Below, piece by piece: positions 28,007 through 36,900 of a DNA stretch of 46,611 nt. Position 1 is the stretch's first letter. The number at the start of each line of letters is the position of its first letter. The notes beneath the pieces are model-generated. The model was not told the DNA's origin. It made no database searches and saw nothing but the letters and a program-made list of their open reading frames with translations. The position numbers and the translations under genes were made by a program. Source of the stretch: an uncultured Candidatus Bathyarchaeia archaeon (GTDB lineage Archaea > Thermoproteota > Bathyarchaeia > Bathyarchaeales > Bathycorpusculaceae). Location of the stretch: NCBI GenBank assembly GCA_964450845.1, contig CAYVGZ010000005.1, forward strand, positions 1 to 46,611, given 5' to 3'.

Positions 28007-28275
28007 TGGTTACCATTGAAGATTATGTGGCTAGAATTGAAGAAACATGTGGCGAAGAAAAGGACTTTATCGTCATTTTTAAATATGATAAGAAAGAACA
28101 AACAATTGCAAAAATCATGAAAAAGGCAAGAATTGAAAAGTCAATTTCTGCTATAATTTTTGAATTAACCTTTAAAGATGTTTCTTTTCGACTTTATGGG
28201 ACAGGCAAGGCTATTTTTCGAGATTTAAAAGACAAAAGCGAACTGCAGAACGTTTTGGCTGATCTTTTATCGTAA
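28006..28275 (+). CDS. Small hypothetical protein, possibly similar to the ThiF/MoeB C-terminal accessory domain
   Basis: 89 aa, start overlaps the sufS stop (TAATG). ETCG...FELTFKDVSFRLYGTGKAIFRDLKDKSE. Confidence 0.6.
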   Translation: MVTIEDYVARIEETCGEEKDFIVIFKYDKKEQTIAKIMKKARIEKSISAIIFELTFKDVSFRLYGTGKAIFRDLKDKSELQNVLADLLS

Positions 28276-28296
28276 TTGTTACACGCTGACCAGTGA

Positions 28297-28770
28297 TTAA
28301 GTGTAATTGCATGGCTTATGAGGCTTGACAAACAGAAAAGCCATTGTCAAATATAGAAAAGCGCCAGAAACCTGCCGCATTAAATCTGGAGCATGCCAAA
28401 ACCAACTTGCACCTCCACTGAAATGCAATCCAGCAACAAACCATGCGAATATGATGTCAACAAAGGGTTCAATGACTATGGCAGTTTTGAATGGTGTTCT
28501 TATGACATGAGAGTCTAAACTCAAAGTTATGTAAATCGGCAGGTTAGCTACTAACACAAACACGGTCAGCCCTAACGGTATACCAAATGTTTCCATAAAG
28601 GTTCTTGCGTACAGATTGGCTTCCTCATGAGGGGCACGACAAAAAACAAGTGTTGATAAATAGTCGAATAGTATGAAAGTAAAAACCAAAATTGTTCTTT
28701 TTAACCAATGGTTATTTCTAGGCAAGAAAAAGTGTTTTAGACTAAGCATTGTGCCTAGTTTAGTTTGCAT
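28297..28770 (-). CDS. Hypothetical multi-pass membrane protein (DUF5658-like)
   Basis: About four hydrophobic segments and a FDYLST...EEAN motif. Confidence 0.6.
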   Translation of the reverse strand: MQTKLGTMLSLKHFFLPRNNHWLKRTILVFTFILFDYLSTLVFCRAPHEEANLYARTFMETFGIPLGLTVFVLVANLPIYITLSLDSHVIRTPFKTAIVIEPFVDIIFAWFVAGLHFSGGASWFWHAPDLMRQVSGAFLYLTMAFLFVKPHKPCNYT

Positions 28771-28977
28771 TCCTTTCTCCCCGTCAGCTTCTGATTTTCT
28801 TCTTACTTATGGTTTGTCCATTATTACTTAAAAGTTTTGAATCTGCATTTTGAATGAGTAGTTGCTTTTGCTGATTAGAAGGAATGGAAAAAAGAAAGCT
28901 GTAGTGTTGTGAACGAATTACGATACTATGGTGAGATTCTTTAAAACGTTTTTCCTTGAATTATGAAACAACGATTC

Positions 28978-30477
28978 TTAGACTTCTCCTCTAATCCTAA
29001 ATTTAATCTCCTGCCACACATCGTTAGCCAACGTTTTTGCTTCCTTGTCGATTAGTATTAAAACCGCAAGATAGAGAACTGCTCCTGCTGCTGTTATGCC
29101 TAAAGTGGACGACAGTCTTGTTGGATGTGGAATTAAAAATAGAACGAACATCATAACAACTGAGGCGAAAACATATTTTGCAATGTTCTTCCACGGAATA
29201 TTCAGTTTAGCTATTCTGCGTATAATGGCATATAAAACTAGAAACATCGCCCAAGTGGCTATTGTGTCAATTATGCTTACGTATAATGCTGCGGTCACTG
29301 GCTGATTTTGTGTGAGGGTCGTTAAGACATAGAAGGTTGTTGGTAATGCTATTGCGGATTGGACATAAGGTAAAGTGAATGCTATGAACAGTGGGCGTTT
29401 CGCAAGTTTTTGCAATGGTATTTTTGCTTCATCATCTATGTTTTCAAGTCCCAAAAGTACATAGAGGTAGAATTGTGTAATAATTTGGACAAAAGCGCCT
29501 ATAGCCAGAACCATGAGTACTGGCGATGCTTCCTCGTAAATTTTGTTCAGAATTATGAGATACGAGTTTGATAGCGCTATTGCTCCTGCCGTCATTGGTA
29601 TAGCGAACATTAAAACGGTTTTTAACGAAGTCGTTATGTCTTGGATGCTGCTTTCTGCTAGAAGTTTTGGGTATAATGCGAAAGATAGGAAATAAGAGTA
29701 CGTGATTATGTTTGCTATGGTTAAGGCGGCTTGGTACATGCCTCTTGCTTCTGGGCCGGCTATGGGGTCATAAGCAATCAGCATGATTAATATGAATGTT
29801 GCTATTCTGGTGCCTACAAAATAGTATATGTTTATTGTTGAGCCTTTCAGCCATTCTTTCACGTAGTTCCAATTGACTGGTTGCTTTAGTTCTTGGGATA
29901 AGAGTTTAAGGTAGTAGATGATTCGTACAGCGAAGGCAATTGTGATGGCTAATAAAGCCCCCAGGATTGGTTGTTGAAGTTTGACGATGAGTATATAGGC
30001 TAATAGAACTTTGCAGATTTCTGCAAGTAGTAGTCCATATCCAATGGTTTGTGGTATTTTTGCGCGTAGGCAGGATTCTAACATAGTTGTTATGTAAGTT
30101 TCAATTATTTGCGTTGAAGCAATTAAGTAGGGGATTATGTAGGTTTGGCTGATACCGAGCAGTGGCATGATTAGTGGAATAAGTGGAAGGTAAATTACTG
30201 TAGCTATCATTGAGAGAGTTAGATTTGCCAGAAGTCCTGTTTTTACCGTTCCTTCTTTGTTTCGTGCTACGAATCGCGTTGCCCAGAATGGGAATGCGGG
30301 GGCGAGGAATGCAAAATAAGCAATTATGTCATTAATGTTGCCCCATATTCCTAATTGGTCTTCTGTGATGGCTCGTGTTAACATTAAAGTAAAGACTAGT
30401 CCTGTAGCTACACTAAGTATTCTGGCGGCAAATATTATGAAACCAGAATATTGTAGCCTAATCTCACGCTTTGCCAA
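28978..30477 (-). CDS. Wzx/MATE-like oligosaccharide flippase / polysaccharide exporter
   Basis: 499 aa with about 13-14 hydrophobic segments, G.Y.AA and FALYPKL motifs, and a location next to glycosylation genes. Confidence 0.8.
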   Translation of the reverse strand: MAKREIRLQYSGFIIFAARILSVATGLVFTLMLTRAITEDQLGIWGNINDIIAYFAFLAPAFPFWATRFVARNKEGTVKTGLLANLTLSMIATVIYLPLIPLIMPLLGISQTYIIPYLIASTQIIETYITTMLESCLRAKIPQTIGYGLLLAEICKVLLAYILIVKLQQPILGALLAITIAFAVRIIYYLKLLSQELKQPVNWNYVKEWLKGSTINIYYFVGTRIATFILIMLIAYDPIAGPEARGMYQAALTIANIITYSYFLSFALYPKLLAESSIQDITTSLKTVLMFAIPMTAGAIALSNSYLIILNKIYEEASPVLMVLAIGAFVQIITQFYLYVLLGLENIDDEAKIPLQKLAKRPLFIAFTLPYVQSAIALPTTFYVLTTLTQNQPVTAALYVSIIDTIATWAMFLVLYAIIRRIAKLNIPWKNIAKYVFASVVMMFVLFLIPHPTRLSSTLGITAAGAVLYLAVLILIDKEAKTLANDVWQEIKFRIRGEV

Positions 30478-30596
30478 AGTAGTTCACTATTCTGCAGTTT
30501 AGGTTTAGTAGGTATGGTTTTATGTTTAAATGTTTTTAAGTATTGATTCTATCTGAAAAGTGAGAGGAGAGAGTATATCAAAAGGGAGAAAGCAGC

Positions 30597-31397
30597 TTGA
30601 AATTTGCATGTGGCGTAGTAATAAAGGTTAGAGATGAGCAAGATGCGATCGAAGATAGCCTTTTATGCCTGTTAAACCAAACGCTGAAGCCTTTTATCGT
30701 AGTGGTGAACGACGGGAGTATAGATAGAACTGGAGAAATTGCCTCTAAATACGCAGATGTTGTTGTTAATTTGCCGAGGCATGAGGAGAATTGGGTTGGT
30801 AGACCTGAGTTAGCTAAGGTTGTTAATGCTGGTCTAAACGTTTTAAAAGATAAAGAACTAGATTTTGTACTTTTCAGTGATGGAGAGGTTGTGTATCCAC
30901 TACATTACATTGAGGAAATTATTAAAAGGATGAAAGACGGTGATGTTGTTCTGGCTTCTGGGGTGGCTGAGGGTGAAGTATCTCGTTCTTTTTCTCCAAG
31001 AGGTTCTGGCAGAATCGTCGATGCCAAATGGTTTAGGAGCATTGGGTTTAGGTATCCTGAGAATTATGGTTTTGAGGCTTATCTCGTTTATAAGGCTCTT
31101 TCAGAGGATAAAAAAGTCGTTGTTTTTCCTGATTTAACGTTCAAATTATCCAGAGAAACAAGGCTTTTTCCAAACAAGGCTTATTTCTGGGGTAAAGGAA
31201 TGAAAGCCTTAAACTATAACTTTTTTTACGCTTTAGGAAGATCGCTTCTTGTTTTGCTAAAATCTCCTAGAAATGGTTTTGCATTGTTTAAGGGCTATTT
31301 TTCAGATGTTGACAAATACAGAGATGTTGCGGATTTTGTTCCCGCTTTTCAAAAGAGACAGTTTTGGAAAAGGGTTAGAGAGGTTTTGCATTCTTAG
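30597..31397 (+). CDS. GT2 glycosyltransferase
   Basis: VRDEQDAIEDSLLCLLNQT, VVVNDGSIDRT, FSDG(E) DxD-like motif. Confidence 0.85.
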   Translation: MKFACGVVIKVRDEQDAIEDSLLCLLNQTLKPFIVVVNDGSIDRTGEIASKYADVVVNLPRHEENWVGRPELAKVVNAGLNVLKDKELDFVLFSDGEVVYPLHYIEEIIKRMKDGDVVLASGVAEGEVSRSFSPRGSGRIVDAKWFRSIGFRYPENYGFEAYLVYKALSEDKKVVVFPDLTFKLSRETRLFPNKAYFWGKGMKALNYNFFYALGRSLLVLLKSPRNGFALFKGYFSDVDKYRDVADFVPAFQKRQFWKRVREVLHS

Positions 31398-31459
31398 AAA
31401 TGTATAATTGCTTGTTTTTATTATGTATGTAAGCTACGATGTGTAATGGATGTGTCGAC

Positions 31460-32275
31460 ATGAAGATTTGCGTTATTGGTTTGGGCGAGGTTGGCTTTGC
31501 AACAGCGAAATATATTCTTGATAAGGAACTTGACGTTTGGGGCTATGACATTAGCTCGACGGCAGTCAAAAGAGCGAAAAAAGCTGGAATTGTTAGAGCT
31601 ACGCAGGTTTGGGATACTATTCCTTCGGCTGATGTCTATTTGATATGTGTGTACACTGGACTTAAAGAAGGAGGTCCGGATTTATCTGCTATTTTTGATG
31701 CTTGCGAGAAGGTTAAGGGTAAGACTGGTTTATCTACTAAACCTTTGGTTTCTATTGAGAGTACAGTGGTTCCTGGTTTGTGTAAACGTGTTTTTAGAGA
31801 CGTATTTGAACAACGTGTTCGTTTGGTGCATGTGCCGCATAGGTATTGGGCTGAGGAACCTGATGAGCATGGTGTTAAGCAACGTCGTGTTATTGGAGGT
31901 GTAGATGCTGAGAGTCTCAAAACTGGCATGGCGTTTTACAAAGATGTGCTGGAGGTCCCTCTTCACGTAGTCTCTTCTATTGAGGTCGCTGAAATGTCAA
32001 AGATAGCTGAAAACGCTTATCGTTATGTTCAAATAGCTTTTGCTGAGGAACTGCGGATGATTTGTGAGGAAAATGGTTTAAGTTTTGATGATGTGCAAGC
32101 GGCTTGCAATACTAAATGGAACACCGAGATTTTGGAGGCTAGAGACGGCATTGCTGGACATTGTTTGCCGAAAGATATCCGTTATTTGGCTTCTTTAAGT
32201 AGTTTTAACGCGTTGATGAAGGGCGCTTTAACTGTTGATGAGCAGTATAGAGAGTGGTTAAAACATAAACAATGA
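31460..32275 (+). CDS. UDP-sugar (UDP-ManNAc/GlcNAc-type) 6-dehydrogenase lacking the C-terminal domain
   Basis: MKICVIGLGEVG, IESTVVPG, HVPHR, RVIGG, AEMSKIAENAYR...AFAEEL, GIAGHCLPKD (catalytic Cys). ATG at 31460. Confidence 0.85.
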   Translation: MKICVIGLGEVGFATAKYILDKELDVWGYDISSTAVKRAKKAGIVRATQVWDTIPSADVYLICVYTGLKEGGPDLSAIFDACEKVKGKTGLSTKPLVSIESTVVPGLCKRVFRDVFEQRVRLVHVPHRYWAEEPDEHGVKQRRVIGGVDAESLKTGMAFYKDVLEVPLHVVSSIEVAEMSKIAENAYRYVQIAFAEELRMICEENGLSFDDVQAACNTKWNTEILEARDGIAGHCLPKDIRYLASLSSFNALMKGALTVDEQYREWLKHKQ

Positions 32276-32373
32276 AGGATGTTGCAATTGTGCGATCTGG
32301 CAGTTGGGTCGTTGGACTAGGGCATGATGTTGATACCGTTTATGATTTGAGGTGTGGCCTCTCCTCGTTGTGA
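32272..32373 (+). pseudogene. 33-codon remnant resembling the start of a nucleotide-sugar enzyme or GT4
   Basis: ATG overlaps the upstream TGA (ATGA). Reads MKDVAIVRSGSWVVGLGHDVDTVYDLRCGLSSL*. Confidence 0.35.
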
Positions 32374-32459
32374 ATCGGTATGACAACGCTAAACTTCATA
32401 GCAAAACGAGAAATAGCTATGAAGAACAAAGACTTAAAGATTAAGGCGAGGCATCTGCC

Positions 32460-33638
32460 ATGAAGAGAGTTCTGCTCGTAGGCGCTAGTTTTCGAAACAA
32501 GGGCAGCGCTGCTATGCTGATAAGCGTTGTAAAAACCTTGAAATGTTTTATTCCAGACGGAGAGTTTGTCTTGGCCTCAGGATACCCACATCTCGATTAC
32601 AAACAAGCTAAAAGACACGGTTTGGAGATCTTTGATTATCGGTTCACAACAAAGCGTGCTCTGAAATCGATGTTGTCCATGATTTCTAGGCTTCTCAATA
32701 CTGATATTATTATAGATTTGAGTGGTTTTCTTTTCTCTGACAAAGGCAGGAAGACAGGAATACTCGTTAGAGGATTAACCATTCTAATGTGCAAGTTATT
32801 TCGAAAGCCGGTCATTCTGTATTCACAGAGTTTTGGACCATTTAATTCTAAATTTACAAGAATATTTTGCAAGATCTGTCTGCAAAGAGCAAATGTTATC
32901 GTTGCGCGAGGAAAAATCTCACGCAGCTACTTATATGGTTTAGGAATAAGAAAAAATGTTAAAGTCTACTCTGATTCCGCTTTTCTTTTAGAACCTGCAT
33001 CGCAAAAACGGCTAAATGAAATATTGAAAAAAGAAAATATAGAGAAAAGAAAAGGTGTGCTGAAAATTGGAATTGCTGTTAATCTCCGAATTTACGAACG
33101 AACTAAAGGTGCAGAAACTGAAAATCATTACGTAAACGTCATGGCTCAACTTTCCGATTTTCTTGTCAAAAATTTAAATTCTGAACTTGTGTTTGTTCCT
33201 TACGAGTTTCCGTATAAGTCTGCTGCTAGGGGATATGATGATCGCTTTATTGCAAGGATGATATATATAAAAGCCAAAAATAAACACAGAATACAACTGA
33301 TTGAGAATGAATATGATCCAAGAGAATTGAAGGCATTAACTCAAATTTTTGATCTATTTATTGGATGCAGATTCCACAGCATAGTAGCCTCTACTTCAAT
33401 GTGTGTGCCTACCATAACAATAGGTTGGAGCCACAAATATTTGGAGACGATGGAACTACTCGATCAAGCAAAATATGTATGTGACTATAAGAATTTATCT
33501 TTAAATCATTTGACTAATCTCGTAAACGACGCCCTATATCGAAGAAAAGAAATAAAGAAAGAATTAGAAGCTAAACGGAAAGAAGTGAAAAATTCAGCCT
33601 TCGAAAATGCTAAACTTGTAGCCCAAATGATAGATTAA
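32460..33638 (+). CDS. Polysaccharide pyruvyl transferase (WcaK-like)
   Basis: NKGSAAM, IIDLSG, SQSFGPF, ARG..S, DSAFLL, IGCRFHSIVAS...P.ITIGWSHK. Confidence 0.9.
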   Translation: MKRVLLVGASFRNKGSAAMLISVVKTLKCFIPDGEFVLASGYPHLDYKQAKRHGLEIFDYRFTTKRALKSMLSMISRLLNTDIIIDLSGFLFSDKGRKTGILVRGLTILMCKLFRKPVILYSQSFGPFNSKFTRIFCKICLQRANVIVARGKISRSYLYGLGIRKNVKVYSDSAFLLEPASQKRLNEILKKENIEKRKGVLKIGIAVNLRIYERTKGAETENHYVNVMAQLSDFLVKNLNSELVFVPYEFPYKSAARGYDDRFIARMIYIKAKNKHRIQLIENEYDPRELKALTQIFDLFIGCRFHSIVASTSMCVPTITIGWSHKYLETMELLDQAKYVCDYKNLSLNHLTNLVNDALYRRKEIKKELEAKRKEVKNSAFENAKLVAQMID

Positions 33639-33647
33639 AATTCAGAC

Positions 33648-34967
33648 GTGATCATCGTGGAAATCAAAAATACACAAGAAATAAGTAAACAACGTCTATG
33701 CGTTGGATGCGGCACTTGCACAGTCATATGCCCCACAAACGCCATTGAAATGCGTATTAATGACAGAGGATTTTTCGAGGCTGTTGTTGACAATTCAAAA
33801 TGCACAGCGTGCAAGCTATGCCTTGAAGTATGCCCAAGCTATGTCATTGACTTTGACGAGATAAACAATTTTGTCTTCAATAAACGGGCTTCAGATGATT
33901 TAATCGGAAACTACATGCGGTTCTACGTAGGACACGCTAAAGATAGCTCTATTTATAAAAGCGGACAAAGTGGTGGTCTAGTCACCGCTCTTCTGGCGTT
34001 TGCTCTCGAAAAGGGCTTCATTGACGGTGCAATAGTAACTAAGATGGTAGAACCTGACCCTCTACATCCTAAAGTAATCATTGCAAAAAATAAAGAGGAA
34101 CTACTATCTGCAACTCGGTCAAAGTATTGTTCTGCCCCAGTGAATATGGAAATCAAGGAAATATTGAAAAGAGATGGCAAATACGCCGTGGTGGGGTTAT
34201 CCTGCCAGATTTATGCTCTGCGAAAATTAGAAAGGCTAATACCTCAGCTTAAGGACAAAATAGTCTTACATATGGGACTCTTTTGTTCCCACGTCTTGAG
34301 TCTAAAGGTTATCAATTTTTTATCCTATAAAGCAAGTGTTCACAAAGAAGATATAGCAAAATTCGATTATAGAGCCAAAGAATGGCGAGGATGGCCCGGC
34401 GACGTTCTTTTTAAACTTAAAAATGGAACAACAAAATTCTTACCGAGAAATTACAGAATGCTAACGAAAAACTTCTTCACTCCTTGGCGGTGCAAAATGT
34501 GCTATGACCACCTCAACGAATTCGCTGATGTTTCCTTTGGCGACGCATGGCTTCCAGAAGTGGTGAGACAACGAAAAGGAGAAACAATTGTCATAACTAG
34601 AACTAAGAGGGGAGAGAACCTGATTCAGAAAGCAAAAGAAGAAGGAGTTATTGAAGTTAGAGAAGTATCTAGAACTACACTAATGCAAGCACAAAAAAAT
34701 TCAATCACAAGAAAAAAGAACTGGCTGAAGGCACATTTATATGTCGCAAAACTTTTTGGAAGGGCTGTCCCTAACTACTATGTAAAATATCCAAAATCGA
34801 CCAAATCACAAATTTTCCAAACCATCTGTGACTACGTGAACTCTCAGATCCCATATTCTAGACTAGCTTATTTTTTCCTAAAGAACCTCCCATTACCACT
34901 TTTGAAAGGGTACCTAAAGGCAAATAACCTTATGAACAAAGCAATCTCATTCATTCTGTCTGCATAA
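33648..34967 (+). CDS. FrhB/FdhB-like protein (F420 hydrogenase beta-subunit family) with an N-terminal 2x[4Fe-4S] domain
   Basis: CVGCGTCTVICP, CTACKLCLEVCP, QSGGLVTALL, RSKY, VVGLSCQ, GLFCSH, YR..EWRGWPG, CKMCYD, DVSFGDAW. Confidence 0.9.
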   Translation: MIIVEIKNTQEISKQRLCVGCGTCTVICPTNAIEMRINDRGFFEAVVDNSKCTACKLCLEVCPSYVIDFDEINNFVFNKRASDDLIGNYMRFYVGHAKDSSIYKSGQSGGLVTALLAFALEKGFIDGAIVTKMVEPDPLHPKVIIAKNKEELLSATRSKYCSAPVNMEIKEILKRDGKYAVVGLSCQIYALRKLERLIPQLKDKIVLHMGLFCSHVLSLKVINFLSYKASVHKEDIAKFDYRAKEWRGWPGDVLFKLKNGTTKFLPRNYRMLTKNFFTPWRCKMCYDHLNEFADVSFGDAWLPEVVRQRKGETIVITRTKRGENLIQKAKEEGVIEVREVSRTTLMQAQKNSITRKKNWLKAHLYVAKLFGRAVPNYYVKYPKSTKSQIFQTICDYVNSQIPYSRLAYFFLKNLPLPLLKGYLKANNLMNKAISFILSA

Positions 34968-35219
34968 TTGTTACAAGATTGACTAGACATCAGCTACATG
35001 AAAAGAAAAAAATTGGAAGAACATTTAAAAGCGAACCTAGATGGCATATGTTAAGTACGTTTTTAGATGTATGCAAAAGAACCTGTTACTCATTCAGATA
35101 GTTTATGCAGGAGTGCCTTAACACGAAGAGGATTCCAGTTCTGGCAATTCTTCATGGGATGGGCTAACCGTGTTAAGCGTTAACAGAGTAACGACATTGC
35201 TGACTTAAATACTGGTTCG

Positions 35220-36053
35220 TCAAATATGAAAAGAAAAATGCTTTTTGGATGATATTGGGTAATCACGCTTTACCAGGCAGAGCCCCATTCTCCCTAAATC
35301 AACTGAGGTGGCAACATTTTTATGGACGCATATGCTCTTCCATGCCTTAAACATTCCTTGTGACCATCGTATGTCATCAAACATCATAATTCCATCCTGT
35401 CTCATCTTGCCTATTAGCCAATTAAAATATTTCAAAGTCGCATCGTACGTATGATTACCATCAACAAACACAAAATCAACTACCACATTATCGTGTAACA
35501 ACCTAGATAAAACATTTTCAAAATAATCATTAACTAACTTACACCGTCTATCATTTGCACCAAACTTGTGTAGGTTATTCTGCGCTAAGTCTACTAGTGA
35601 TTTGCTAGCCTCAATTGAAACAAATGAATAGTCTAGCTCGTTCACTGATTCTAACCCTCCAACAATATACATCGCTGAAAAACCTACACATGTTCCTAAT
35701 TCAATAGTCATTTTTGGAGCAAAACATTTCGCAATCATTGTCAACAACATACCATACTTGCCCCGCGTACCAGCTTTCAACAACCTATTAGTATCACACT
35801 CTCTCCCACTTGCAGAAAAAATTTTAGCGTCCTTTACGCTCAAATTGTCTACAATGTCCATAACTTTTGAATGGACTTTTTGCACATCTTCGTCAATAGA
35901 ATATTGTTCCAAAACATAATACATTTTTGAAACAACCGGAGACGGATCTGTCGCCATCGCTTTTCTTCCTAACAGCATTTTCAATAGTAAGGGTGCCTTC
36001 TTAGACTTAGCAAAATTTTTCGATACGTTCTCTTTGAGTCTATTCATTTTCAA
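35220..36053 (-). CDS. Class I SAM-dependent O-methyltransferase (Methyltransf_24-like)
   Basis: IELGTCVGFSAMY, SIEA, VDFVFVDGNHTYD, GIMMFDDIRWS.GM..AW. Confidence 0.88.
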   Translation of the reverse strand: MKMNRLKENVSKNFAKSKKAPLLLKMLLGRKAMATDPSPVVSKMYYVLEQYSIDEDVQKVHSKVMDIVDNLSVKDAKIFSASGRECDTNRLLKAGTRGKYGMLLTMIAKCFAPKMTIELGTCVGFSAMYIVGGLESVNELDYSFVSIEASKSLVDLAQNNLHKFGANDRRCKLVNDYFENVLSRLLHDNVVVDFVFVDGNHTYDATLKYFNWLIGKMRQDGIMMFDDIRWSQGMFKAWKSICVHKNVATSVDLGRMGLCLVKRDYPISSKKHFSFHI

Positions 36054-36418
36054 ACACTAGCTTGAAGGTACAATTAAATTCAAACCCAAGCCTGCGCTTC
36101 TCAGTCTTTCATACAGGTTAAAGCAAATTGATGTTAAAACTTTTTCGCACATTGTACGAAACGTGGACAACCCGATAACTCCGTCTGCTCTCCTGCACTC
36201 CATGCAACAACCCAGTCCTTTCCATCGCATCTTTATGCGAATAAACCATCCAGAACTCGGAAGAAAGCAGAACTGAGCATACACGTACTCAATGAAGTTA
36301 TAGCCACTGAGACGGCCACCATTATTTTTCAAGGCTTAGAGGATTAGAAAATCCATGAAATCCTTGATTATTCAATTCTCAATTTCAACAAAAACCCAAA
36401 TAAAGCATATTTGGCTCC

Positions 36419-36435
36419 AGATAGAGGGGCTCTAA
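36419..36435 (-). repeat. Dispersed intergenic palindrome, copy 2 (TTAGAGCCCCTCTATCT on the minus strand)
   Basis: Core AGCCCCTCTAT is identical to the copies at 10699 and 46205. Confidence 0.6.
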
Positions 36436-36465
36436 GCTGTTGCACGCACACGCAAACAGACAAAC

Positions 36466-36810
36466 CTATGCTTTTCGCATAAGAGACTTCACTTGACTAA
36501 CAAAATCACTTTCTTCTTGCACTCTCTCTAATTCCAACCTGCGAAGTAAGCCATAATTTGAGTATATATCCTCCAAAATCTTTCGCTCAACAACATAAGC
36601 ACCAGACCTCAAAAACCCTTCAAGACCCGCAGCAAACACCTCAATTTTCTCCGTTATCTCATTCCGTCTAAGAGAATAATTATTTTCCAAATGCCTATAA
36701 ATCAAATGTGTAGCTTCTTCTCCAAAAACCTGCCTCAAAACCTTATCTACAATCTTCGAAATCTTATCCTCTTTTCCGTTTATCTGCTGACTTATGCCTT
36801 CCATTAGCAA
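36466..36810 (-). CDS. DUF3227/NitrOD5-like small helical protein
   Basis: IVDKVLRQVFGEEATHLIY.HLE..Y.L...EI.EK.EVF..GLE.FL.SGA.VVERKI pattern. Confidence 0.65.
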   Translation of the reverse strand: MLMEGISQQINGKEDKISKIVDKVLRQVFGEEATHLIYRHLENNYSLRRNEITEKIEVFAAGLEGFLRSGAYVVERKILEDIYSNYGLLRRLELERVQEESDFVSQVKSLMRKA

Positions 36811-36900
36811 GTCCTCAGAGTATCGAGTATATTACGACTTAATAAGTTTTGCCGTATATTCGCTCAACAAACATACAGTTAAAATACGTAAAAACGTTAG

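Noticed and set aside
34968-35219. 250-bp gap between convergent genes in the glycan island
   Set aside because: Only short frames with no recognisable motif or stable repeat.
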